DNA of 64,000 nt from the NCBI RefSeq assembly GCF_009914755.1, contig NC_060931.1, one strand, 5' to 3'. Numbering within the stretch: the stretch's first letter is position 1; the number at the start of each line of letters is the position of its first letter. Positions 1 to 32,579 of the stretch are shown here, one piece after another. The notes beneath the pieces are model-generated. The model made no database searches. It worked only from the letters and a program-made list of their open reading frames with translations, and was not told the origin of the DNA. Source of the stretch: the human T2T-CHM13v2.0 reference genome, Homo sapiens. A program made the position numbers and the translations under genes.

Positions 1-198
1 GTGAACCAGTGTCTCTTAATTTTCAGTTTTCTTTATATAGAGGTTATAATAGTCTTAAACCCTAAAAATGTTTAAATCAAAAAGGAATTAGGAAAAACAT
101 AATGATAGGTATATTTCTATTTGTGTAGGGTTTTTTAATGTACAGCTTTATTGAGATATAATTCACATACCATACAATTCACCATTTAAAGTATACTA

Positions 199-502
<304 letters not shown>

Positions 503-633
503 TGTATTATTCAGTGGTTTTTAATATATCCACAGAGTTACGCAACCATCACCACAATTTTAGAACATTTTCATCACCCCAAAAAGAAACCTTGTACTGA
601 TTAGCAATGGTTCCCTATTTCCCCCAACGCCCC

Positions 634-1650
<1,017 letters not shown>

Positions 1651-2417
1651 AAACCTCCCAAACACCATAGCCCTAGGCAACCACTAATCTACTTTCTGTC
1701 TCTAGATTTGATTATTCTGAACATTTTTAGTAGGGTTTTCAATTTTGCACTCTATTGAAAAATGTGGCTAGTTTAATTTTTTGAGAGTGAAATATCCATT
1801 TATTATATTACAATATAGCTATATAATTTGACAATCTCCTATGTAGAATATACAGTACCTGTCTAAGATATTTTAAGTACACCAGCATTTCCTTTTAGGC
1901 TATGTCAATTGACTAGAACACACTATAGTAAATACATACACAGGTTTGATGTGGATTATAATGAAGTGGTTTTTTTCCTTAGTAATCTGTATCATAATTC
2001 CCAATTAGTGTCTTTTTCTGCCTTGGAAATTTCTACAGAATTGTCAATATCAGGATAGTGCGTAAAAGTACACTCACCATACTGACAAGCACATTTTCTA
2101 TTTTGTTGCCCAAAACTCCCTGTCCTGTAAAGTGCTCTGCTTGCTTTTTAGTAGACATTTGATAAGTTAATGTTATATCCTTTGCAATGATATTATTTTG
2201 ATGACAAAGTAAGTTTATGCTTTCAAAAATCACAATTCGGTCAGAAAAGTTTAGCATCTTAAAAAAATTGTTGCTATTTGAAAAAAACAAAACAAAACAT
2301 ATACTTGTGACTTTGTGGTCCAGCTGGCAAAAACTTGACATATCATCCCATGAAAATTTTAAGTCATGAATTATTTTGACATGACAATATTGCTAACAAA
2401 ATCAAAATCAGCCGTTT

Positions 2418-2423
2418 AATAAA
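2418..2423 (+). terminator. AATAAA, possible distal polyA signal of the upstream gene (KLHL7 by locus recollection)
   Basis: Hexamer seen in unique AT-rich sequence; gene assignment is from memory of synteny only. Confidence 0.25.
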
Positions 2424-3769
2424 CAATTATTCCACCAAGCAGTCTATATTCCTTTTGCCATATATACTGTTAACAGCAAAAATTTTGGATTTGCTACATA
2501 TGCATGGGTAAAGGAGGTATTTAGACGAAATTTTGCTTTCTAAGGTTATACCAAAGACTTGAGAAAATCCAATTTACTCCCACATGGCACCAAACCAGCT
2601 CTCACTGAGAGTCATTATTTGGACCCTTAAGTCCAAATAATCTGTTCTTTTAATGAAAGGACATTTTACAGGTGGCATCATTCAGCGTTTGATAAATCCT
2701 TCCTTTAAATAGCCTCCTCCCTCTTTACAGTTGCCTCAAAAGACTTCAAAAAGCTTGAATCCACTTTTATCTTTCTCACCTTCCTCCTTCCCAAGATGAT
2801 TCACACTACTTTAGAAAAAATAAAAATTTTATTTAAAAAAGTCTGTGCTGGGAAATTGTTTGAAATGTTGCCCTTATTAACTAGAAATCTTTTTACTCTC
2901 CAGAGCTTTACGCCCTCTCTCATAACAGATTTAAAATGGGGTTCAAGATCTAGTTTGAATCTTATAGAAATTCCCTCAGACTTTATCTTCTAACCTTCTT
3001 TAATTTGTTCCCACTATCTACGTTTTCCAAGAGTACTTTATTTCTATAATTGTTCTTTTATATAGTATGCCATTCTTGTTTCATGTTATCCTCTCTGATG
3101 ATATTTTAGTTTCTTTAAATTTTAAAAATATTTTAGTGTTTTTGTTTCCTCTAACTTCTTTTTCTGTTTCTTTGCTTTGCTCTTTCCTGTTGGCATCTGC
3201 CTTCAAATGTCTAGTCCCTGACTGTGCATTTGGATTTAAATGAGACATCTGAAAATTGATAATTCAGGGGTACAAGGGTGAGCTTAATCAATGAACTTCA
3301 TTATATGATGAGGAGATGGCCAACTATTTTTGTTGCTAGTCCATAAGAGATCCATAGGTATTTTTCTGGGATGTTTGACTCACCATTCAATAAGCATAAG
3401 CCCTCTCTGTACCTGATGTCCTAGAATCTGAAGTGTCTCTCATTCCTTTTTATTGGGGAGGAATCCTATCTCCTATCAAGTCGAGACAGTTGCCTCATCC
3501 AATTGGAAGGGGAGGCAGCAGTATTTTTCCTCTGCCATCTTGAAGAAATCAGAAGTTTCCTTCCTGTAACCCCACTCTCCTGATTTCCACCTATATATAC
3601 CCATCACCAAACCGATCACTACCAAGTCCTGCAAGCCCTAGGCTCTCATTGTCTCACACACACTCCACCTAGACAGTCTCAACCGGCATTCTGGCCTTGC
3701 CCCTCTCTACCTTCACCAAGCACTGGGCTTACCCTCACTTAAGTTTCAGTCACCACTGGTATTATTTTA

Positions 3770-5140
3770 GGTATTTGATCCCAGCAAAGTCCTTACACAT
3801 GCTGACATGTGCAGGAATGAGAAGTCAGTGGCTACAAAGCAATACTGGTTAACACAAGGTGGTAATAAAATAAATATACTAAGGTTAATGAAAGCCAAGT
3901 TTCTTGTTATCAATGGAGTTAAAAATAGAGGAAAATAAAATGAATCATGTGATTTTGGATTGAAATTGGAGATTATCAGTGTGAACTCAAGTTTTTTTCT
4001 TTTTTTCATAGTCTTTGACATAGAAGGCATAATAGTTTTAATATATAAAATATAGAAATGTTTGATGTAAATGTTCGTGTTTGTTTATACATATGTATTT
4101 CCCAGCAATGTTCATGACAGCAAAGACATCCCAGTAGCAATAAGCACATTAAAGCTCAGATCTTGGTTTCTAAGCAGCACCAAAAGGACCCCTGGAGAAA
4201 TAACTGATTTCAGGACTGGAGTAGAGAATGTAAAAATGAGCCTGGAACATCTCTGCACCAGAAAGTAAAAAAGTGCTCAAGTAATCATGGGGAATTTTTT
4301 TTTCTCCTTTTTCGAATGTGTAAAGGAGCTTAAAGGGGGTCCCATTGGCCAAATTGGAGATGATCTGAGCATCAAAATAAATAATGATAGTAATGGATTA
4401 TAACCCATTGAATAACATTGGAAATCATGAGTCCATACTGATATAAATAAATAAGTGAATGAGCTAAAAGTTGGATGAACAATCAGATTTTTATATACTT
4501 TCAAAGTACCTCCCCACAAAATTCTTATTAATAACAAAAAGGAAAAGAATAACTTTATGGTAGAGCAGCTTGGCAGACACCACCTTAAGCAAGTAATCCA
4601 TTGAGCATTACAGGTAACAGGACAAATTGAAATTGTGCACAACCTGCAATGTGAAAACCGCAGCATCACTTCTGTGATAATCCTGACAAAGATGCATAAT
4701 CTGAATCTAATCAAGAGAAAACATCAAACAGACCTGCACTAAGGAACCTCTACAGTATAAGCAGCCTGTAGTCTTTAATAGTGTCAAGGTCATGAAAAGG
4801 AAAAACAAAAAATCTTCCAAATTGAAGGAGACACAAGAAATATGACTAAGCAACAATGATTCCGAACTGAACCCTTTTCCTCTAAAGGACAATATTGGGA
4901 CATTTGGCAAAACATAAATGGAGTCTAAGGATTAGAGAGTAGTAGTGCATCAGTATCAATGTCCTAATTTTGTTGGCTGTGTTGTGGTTATGTAGAATGC
5001 CCTGGTTTGTTTGTAGAAAATATACAATAAGTATTTGGATCATGGGGCATTAGGTCTGCAACATAGTCTCAAATGGTTCAGGAAAAAAGTTCTTTGTACT
5101 GTTATTTGTAACTTTTCCATAAATTTGTTTCAAAATAAAT
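3770..5140 (+). mobile_element. Old L1 (L1MC/MD-like) 3' fragment
   Basis: Typical old L1 3'UTR motifs (AGATGCATAATCTGAATCTAATC, GGACAATATTGGGACATTTGGCAAA). Confidence 0.6.
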
Positions 5141-5708
5141 GAATTGCATTGATTAAAGAAAATAAAAAACTAGTTTGGACAAGTAGTTCCCGTCCTGTAG
5201 ATTCTGCTGTCTTCAAAATCCAAACAAATTACATGAGCAAGAATGATGGCTCACTCCCAGCTCAATAATCCTAAAACCACCAGCACAAACCTGTAATCCA
5301 ACAAAGTCAGATCTATTGACTTATTGCAATCAAGAAGACTGCACACCAGAGGAGCTGTGGTGTGTCTCACCGTACAAAATAAAAGGTAGTTATTGTATGT
5401 TTTGGCGGGGAGAGTGAAGTTTAGGTGAAATTTAAATGAAATCTCAAAGCATAGCTGTGTGTAAAGGCATTAACATCAGGTCTGGACGAGAATTGAATGT
5501 AGGGCATGTTTCCTTGGAAACTGCAAAGTTAAGAAAATACAGAATGTTTTCAGAACCGTTTATCTGAAGCTCTACACCTGGATAGAAATTGAGGCTGCTT
5601 CTCTGCGTCAAAGAGACTTAGATCCTCCAGGCAAGGATGGGACTTTTCACTCGTTCTGATATAATTTCAAATAGCAACGTTTATGTGGACTTGAAAGAAC
5701 AAGGTTTC

Positions 5709-6009
5709 GGCCAGACGCGGTGGCTCACACCTGTAATCGCAGCACTTTGGGAGGCGGACGCGGGCGGATCACGAGGTCAGAAAATAGAGACCATCCTGGC
5801 TAACACGGTGAAACCGTGTCTACTAAAAATACAAAAAAATTAGCCGGGCGTGGTGGCGGGCACCTGTAGTCCCAGCTACTCGGGAGGCTGAGGCACGAGA
5901 ACGGCATGAACCTTGGAGGCAGAGCTTGCCTCCAAGCTCTGCCACTGTACTCCAGCCTGGGCGACAGAGCGAGACTCCGTCTCAAAAAAAAAAAAAAAAA
6001 AGAAGAAAT
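5709..6009 (+). mobile_element. AluY-like
   Basis: Diagnostic ACCATCCTGGCTAACACGG; TSD AACAAGGTTTC. Confidence 0.9.
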
Positions 6010-6609
6010 AACAAGGTTTCTCAGTGTGTAGTAAGAATGTACTTAAGTGGTAATACTTTTCCGTTGCAGCATGTCCTAAAAGAAACATTGTTTCCTCTTA
6101 ACGTCGTCTGGCTTTATTTGACTCTGTTATCCATCCAGATGAAAGGCTAGGCAGTTTGTTACTTTCTCAGCCCAAGCTAAGTTTTACCGTCTCAGCAAGA
6201 ACGACTCAGTCTCTCAAATCATAGCTAATTCTCCTCTGAGGGCCTTGCTGAAGTTCTGCGTTTGCTTGCTCCGCTTTCCTCTCATTTTGGACCTCCAGCC
6301 TTCCTGTAGTCCGAGGCCCTGCACCGGGGTCAAACGCGCCTCCGGTCTTCACGTAACCGTTCAAGCATCCCTCCTTCCCAGGACACACTCAAAGCGTCAG
6401 AGCGGTCCGCTCTTCTCAAGTCCTATTGGCTCAAGTCCATGCGTCTCATGGCACTGCCGGGTGAGAGGCGGAAAAAGGCCTTCCCAGGCGCGAGAAGATG
6501 ACGTCACAGTAGCCCGGCCGGGCGCCGAGGTTGCCTTAGGGCTCTCTGCCCAGTAACAGGCATCGAACGGTGCAGACTGAAGACGCCCTCCGTCAGCGAC
6601 GCCGTCGCA

Positions 6610-25271
<18,662 letters not shown>

Positions 25272-25335
25272 AAGGGCAATTTTAAATACAAAAAAGAATG
25301 ATGTTTAAAATTGCTTTGAGTGATTCATACAGAGA

Positions 25336-25359
25336 TGTATATATGCATACATGTATATA
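25336..25359 (+). promoter_or_regulatory. Two Pumilio response elements (TGTATATA at 25336 and 25352) in the NUP42 3'UTR
   Basis: Exact matches to UGUANAUA between the stop codon and the polyA signal. Confidence 0.6.
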
Positions 25360-25509
25360 TTCATAAGGAATATAAGCTTCCATCAATAGTGATTTTAAAT
25401 TTGATTTTTTTCTTAACTCTAAATATTTAAGTAAAAAGTAACAAAAACTCTGCAAGCAAGGGAATTTTTTTGTACTGTAATTTTGAATGGAACTGAAAAA
25501 TTATGCACG

Positions 25510-25515
25510 AATAAA
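25510..25515 (+). terminator. NUP42 polyadenylation signal AATAAA
   Basis: AATAAA ~240 nt after the stop codon, followed by T-rich sequence. Confidence 0.8.
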
Positions 25516-25989
25516 GTACTTTTCTCATGCCATACCACTTTACTGTCTCACAATTTAAAGTTTTAAACTTTTTTTTTTAGGAAGGAGATAATTTCTGTAA
25601 TTATTAGGGGGAACATGCTCAAATATTTAACCTACTTTTAGAGTAAACATTAGTAGCATGACTTCATGTTCAGGATTCTCTCAAAGAGATAAATCAGTTT
25701 GTAAAGAGTGACAAGCTTTTAGTTTTAGAACCATAGGGGCATTTCCCCCCCGATAAGTTTGGTTCCCTCTCAACTTTGGCGGTCTCGTGGACCACCATTT
25801 GAGTTTTCTTCAACAATCTTAGGCTGCTTTTTATTTTGGCCTCACTTTTATAGAATTCTATTTATTCATCACATTAGTCTGTCAAATGGATGAGTTGTAA
25901 GAGAAACAAATTGTGATCTCATGTGAATAAATAATGTGTGTAGTGGGGTCAGGATTCACCAGTTTCTGTTTCTAGATCTTCTCAGGCAT

Positions 25990-26396
<407 letters not shown>

Positions 26397-26538
26397 TCAC
26401 GAGTTGAAGCAGGTATATCAGACTTCTGCGCTTTCTCAGTCCTCAAAAATTGCATAGCTAGCACTGCCAGAGCAGTTACTAACACGGTTCTGGCATTCAG
26501 CTGATTTTTCTAAGTGAATATAAAACCTTACATAATAA

Positions 26539-26933
<395 letters not shown>

Positions 26934-28419
26934 TCCATTACACTTTTTGAGGAGCTGCATGACTCATCTGACAGTTCTGGAACCCCAGTGTTTGGTACAG
27001 AATCTATACTATAACCAGGGGATATATATTTGAAACCATGCTGGTGTAGAGATGGTAAATAGAGCATAAGTTCCTTTAGAAGGAGCAAGATTAAAACAAA
27101 AAGAGCATAAATTCCTTCTTTGGTCTCAAGCTCTACAGACTTTCCAGTATTCGAACTAATACTTGAATCCTAGAATTTTCCTGCCCCGCCCCCCCCCCCC
27201 CCGGGATGACCCCTACACTACCTCTAAATTGCATACAAGCTCCCTGAGGTCTCAGTTGAACTTCCCAGTGTCCTGGAAGATCTCAGAAAATCCTAGTTAA
27301 AAGCCCATTGTTTCCAACTGTGCCTGATTATAGGAATCACCTGGGGTGTTAAATAATATATCCAGATAACATATCCAAATTACAGGAGCTGCCCATTGGG
27401 ATGGGCTTGGGAATATGTCAACAGGTATTCCTTGTGGTCCTTCAGGCAAGTTTGGGAAACAGGACTATCCAGCTGGATTTAGGCTACTTAGTAATACCTG
27501 ATTTGGGAGTTTTAATTGTTGAAGTCTGTTTTCTGTGCTCCCATATAGACAAAAATGTGGGAATTTAACAGGATCCGAAGTTTTTTAAAAAGCACAAATA
27601 AGTGCTACAGGCTACTAAAAAATTTTGAGAAACTAAAGCAGAGAGGCCCACAAAGTAGAAACTAGCACCATGCATACATACTGGTGTCAGAAGTCAAGAA
27701 AACTGGTAACTCCCAGACCTAGGCTAAGGGGCATCGCGGCTTCAGAAAATCAGAAACAGGTAACAATGAGGTGGCAGCAGCTGGGTATAAAGGTAGGTTG
27801 AGTGTTCAGACCCCAAGAGGGAGGTAGTAGAAGGGAAAAGGCACCCACAACAAAAGGATGTGCCAGCATCTTCTGGATGGTATCTCCTAATCTCATATCC
27901 AGTGAGACTAGCAGAGCTGGACTAACTAAGAGGCATACCCTAAAATAGGCAAAAATAGCCTGCCTTCACAGCTGCTGTAATAGCTGTCCTTTTCACCTAA
28001 GGTCTAGAGCAAGTGACAGAATTGTAGATAAGGTATAGCAAATAAACTGATTTAACTCGATTGATTATCTGATCACAGATTAGAAGGGGAGAATGGTAAC
28101 AGCTGAGAGCTGATTAAAAGGGGAGAGAAAGTGAGCTGATATTAAAACTAAAAGGTATAAAATGATTTAGCTATGCAGTATTATTCATGAGTAAAATAAT
28201 TCAACTTGAAGCATCAAACAATGATTTAATTGTGGTAGATACATACATTGGAATACTAAACAGCCTTTCTAAATGACTTAATAGAGAATAACTTGGAAAT
28301 GTTTTCATTCTGCAATCAGTGGACGAGAGTTTGCTATAAAAAGAGCATGTACAGTGTGATCCAATTTGGAGAGAAAGAATATATTAATGGGGGGGAGGCT
28401 AAAACTTAACAATAATAGC

Positions 28420-28670
28420 TCAAATTTTAGTGAGTTTTTGCTATGTGCCAGACAATGTCCTAAGCATTCTGTATCTAGTATATTAGCAAATTGCCTCATC
28501 ACAACCATATAACCTAGGTGCTATTATAACAATTCTCATTTTCAAAATGAGAAGAGCAAGATTTGGAGACATTAAATGACCTATCCAAAGTCACTCAACT
28601 TCCAAGTAGTTGAGTTGTAATTCAAACACTGAATTTAAAGGGGCCATGCTTTAAACCACTCTGCTATACC
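28420..28670 (-). mobile_element. MIR
   Basis: MIR core-like sequence. Confidence 0.55.
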
Positions 28671-29141
28671 ACATACTAGATTATGAGGACACTTTGTCTT
28701 TTTTTTTTGTATTTTCTACAATAGCATTACCTTTATATGTTTCCCCCATTTTTCCTCATATGAGTACAATTTGCAGTCCCACCCCAAACTTACTGAATCA
28801 GTCTGTATTTTAACAAGACCCACCAAATGATTTGTATGCACATGAACATGTCAGAAACTATTTCATGTGTAAAGGAGATGTACAAAAATGTACACAGTAT
28901 TGTTTATATAGCAAAACAGAAAGCACCAGAAGTCCATCCACGGGATAATGGATAAACTTTGGCATAATGGAATATAACTGTATAATGACTCAAGTTACTT
29001 GTATAAACAACCACCAAAAAGGGGGAAGGTACAGAATAGTATGTATGATATACCATTTAAAGTACAAAAGAGCAAAACAATACTGTAGTATTATGTATGG
29101 ATTCATAAACACAGGAATAATAGCATGTGGATAATAAGCAC

Positions 29142-29493
29142 TGATATGAGTTGGCTGTGTCCCCACCCAAAATCTCATCTTGAATTGTAATAATCCCCAT
29201 GTGTCAAGGGCAGGACCACGTGGAGACAATTGAATCATGGAGCTGGTTTCCCTCATTCTGTTCCCACGATAGTGAGTTCTCATGAGATCTGATGGTTTAG
29301 GGGCTTCCCCCTTTCCTGGGCTCTTATTCTCTCTGCTGCCGCCATGTGAAGAAGGATGTGTTTGCGTCTCCTTCTGCCATGATTGTTAAGTTTTCTGAGG
29401 CCTCCCCAGCCATGCAAAACTGTGAGTCAATTAAACCTCTTTTCTTTATAAATCACCCAGTCTTTATTAGCAGTGTGAGAATGGACTAATACA
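29142..29493 (+). mobile_element. THE1/MST-type MaLR solo LTR
   Basis: TGATATGAGTTGGCTGTGTCCCCACCCAAAATCTCATCTTGAATTG...GGACTAATACA; 5-bp TSD AGCAC. Confidence 0.88.
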
Positions 29494-29601
29494 AGCACCA
29501 AATTCAGAACAGTGTTTACCTAGGGAAAGAAAAAAAGAAATGGGATCTGAAAGGCACAGACAGGGAGCTTTATATGTGACTTAAAAAAAAAAAAAAGCTT
29601 A

Positions 29602-29838
<237 letters not shown>

Positions 29839-30455
29839 CTATACTTTCCCACATGCTTGAAATAAGTCTGCAAACTTTTAAATATTTGATTTAGGGGGAA
29901 AATGCCTTTTTCCCCACCCTAAATTGTGTATTATCAAGTCACTTTCAGATTTCTGCAGTGATCACTGTGAATCCACTGGTTTGCCAAATGGTGTCCAAGC
30001 CTGTTGGATTAAATATGTCATGCTGATGAGGCTTGTCATTCAAACACTGAAGCACAGGAGTAAAACTAGAGAACTGACTGTAGAGGTGGAAAATGTAATT
30101 TTTGCTATCAGACTAACGAAATATAAAAGGTACACATTTGTGGAACAAAATAAAAATCTTTGATTCACTAGTTGTGTGTTTGTTTCTCTAATTACACTGG
30201 ACGAGGAAAATAATCTAGAATCAACATATTAAGTAGTTACCTTGAGGCTCTTTTCTCAACCACACATCATCAACCACCTGGAAATCTGTTCCTTTTTCCT
30301 GGTTATTTACAATGCAAGCAGCTTTTAGCCCTGGCAGCACAGAAGCAGAAGAATTGAGGAATTCTCTGCCACTCCTGTAGTATCCTTTAACAGGTTAAGT
30401 GGTTGTCAAGCTTCTTTTTTAAATTTGTAAACCTATTTGAATCAATTTGTGACTC

Positions 30456-32579
30456 CTGCATTCCGGCCCGGCAGAAAGAGCTCGAAGAGACGCAGAGCGC
30501 GGCGCGCTCCCCCACGGCCCTCCAGGCCGGCGGGTGAGATGGGGAGATGAGCTAGGGGGCCCCGGACTGGCTGCGCCCTCTGCCCTGCAGACACGGGGGG
30601 CCCCGCTGTGGCTGCCCACTGGCCGGGCGCAGGCCTCGAAGCCGCGGCGAACCTCTCTTCCCCACCCCACCTCGGTGACTGTTGGCGGCGGCCTCTCCCT
30701 GCCCAGACCCCGCCGCCGGATCCTGCCCGGCCTCGACGAAACCCCGCCGAGCCGCCGAGACGCAGTGTCTCCGGGTGGCGGCGGGAGAGGCGGGCCGGGA
30801 AGCATGGCGGCCGCCCCAACACCGCGCGGCGGAGACCGTTAGGGTGTGCAGGGCCCGGGAAGGCGGTCTCGCGACGCAGGCAAGCTCGGCCGCCTCTTTA
30901 GGCCACGGAGCCGCGCGAGTCCGGGCCCGGGTGACCGCTCTGTTCCCACTGGACGAGACCTGCCGAGTCCTCAGGACAACGGACAAAGGCCTTAACGGGC
31001 TTGGGAGGTGAGCGAAGTCCCGAACGATGACGGGTGGAACAGTTAGCGGCCTTCGGGCGGTTGGTCTCGTTCTACCAGAGCTTGCTGTCGGAAGAGAGAA
31101 ATGGTGGAATGACAAGCCACGTCTGGCCTCTTGGAAATGCCCACCACCCTTTGGGAAGATTTACTGGCCGTTTATGGAAGGCCTGTGTATTTAATATGAA
31201 ACAGCTGCTCTCAACACTACCCAAACCTTTTAATAGAAAACATTTGCCACATCTAGCCCTTCTATGAGCTAGATGGAAAGAGGTTGCTGATGTATGATAA
31301 AGTTAGAAAATCACACATCTTGTAAATTCTCATTTGCTTAAAAGAAATCATAGAAAATAAATGTCTTCTGGAGACGACTTTTGGAAATGGAGTTGTTAAC
31401 ACGGCCTCTGGAAGCGAGACGTCCACGTTTGTTAAGTGGTTTAGAGGACATGGAGCTGGAAGACCTGAGAAGGAAGAGAAGAAGCTTCTGTGCCAGACTG
31501 GTCATATTTAGAAGACATTTTCATATTCTCTCCATTGTTTTGTGTGCATTTCATTCCTCACTACTGTGTATATGGTTGACAATGCTAAGCTTTTTTGAAA
31601 TGTCTATTCTTTTTAGATATTCTGAAGTGCCTGATATATGTAGAAAAAAATAACCTTTTGTAAATATCTTTTTGTTACAATTCATATGAAATGTTTGGTG
31701 GGGGAATGGCCCAATCACCTGTTGAGTAATACTCATTGTGTTTGTGCACTGGTTCAGGGGAGGAGGGGGAAGTGCAGAGATCTCTATGCCACTGTGCTTA
31801 CAGCGAGGCAAGATTAATCATTATCTCTGCGCATTTTGTTTTACTTGTCTGTGTATATAGTGTACATAAAGGACAGACAAGTCCTGATTTACAACATCTA
31901 GTCTTTCTAGATATTAAAGAGGTTGCCAGTACATGATAAAAGTAGAGTTAGTAAACTAATATATTTTGTACATTTTGTTTTAGAAGTCCTAGGAAAGATT
32001 GTCTTCTGAAAATTTGAGCATTCTTGCCCGCTGGGTTGATGGAGATGGGAAGGGTTCTAGGCCAGAATGTTCCTATTTGGAAGACTCTTTCAAATTATAA
32101 CTGTTGTCACATGTTTGCAGTTTATTCAAGACTGCTGTGTTCGTAGTGGACAAATGAACTCCTTACTTGAAACATCTAGTCTATCTAGATGTTTAGAAGT
32201 GCCCAATGTATGTTAAATGTAGAGGTAGTAAAATACCACTTCGTAAATATCTTTTTGCTAAAATTCATGGGGAATGCTGTCTTTTGGAAATTGAATTGTG
32301 AAGCCACCTTTGTGAGCAGTATAGTACTGTCTATACTTGTTCAGTGGTTTAGAGGAGATGGGAGGGAAGACATTGCAAAAGATAATATGCCAGTGTGTTC
32401 ATACTTGGACATTTTCAGACACCATTTTTTGCATGTTTTGTGCATGTTGTTTTGCTCTGTATATAGTGTATAAAACGGACAAATGAGTCCTAATTTTGCA
32501 ACATCTAGTGTCTAGATGTTAAAGAGGTTGCCAGTGTATGACAAAGTATTTAGTACAATTAGCATATTTTGTAAAAAAA
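30456..32579 (+). pseudogene. Processed retrocopy of lncRNA NORAD (LINC00657), 5' ~2.1 kb
   Basis: TSD AATTTGTGACTC at 30444-30455 and 32580-32591, short A tail from 32573. 5' end TTCCGGCCCGGCAGAAAGAG...GGACAAAGGCCTTAA...GGAAGATTTACTGGCCGTTTATGGAAGG and repeat units TGTATATAGTGTACATAAAGGACAG...ACATCTAGTCTTTCTAGAT match my recollection of NORAD. Confidence 0.88.
30460..31090 (+). promoter_or_regulatory. CpG-island-like 5' part of the NORAD retrocopy, with a YY1-like AAGCATGGCGGC at ~30800-30811
   Basis: Very high GC and CpG density in otherwise AT-rich flanks. Confidence 0.65.

Noticed and set aside
30419-31115. Overlapping 97-187 aa ORFs on both strands
   Set aside because: By-product of the high GC content of the NORAD-derived 5' region; low-complexity Arg/Pro/Ala/Gly sequence with no recognisable domain
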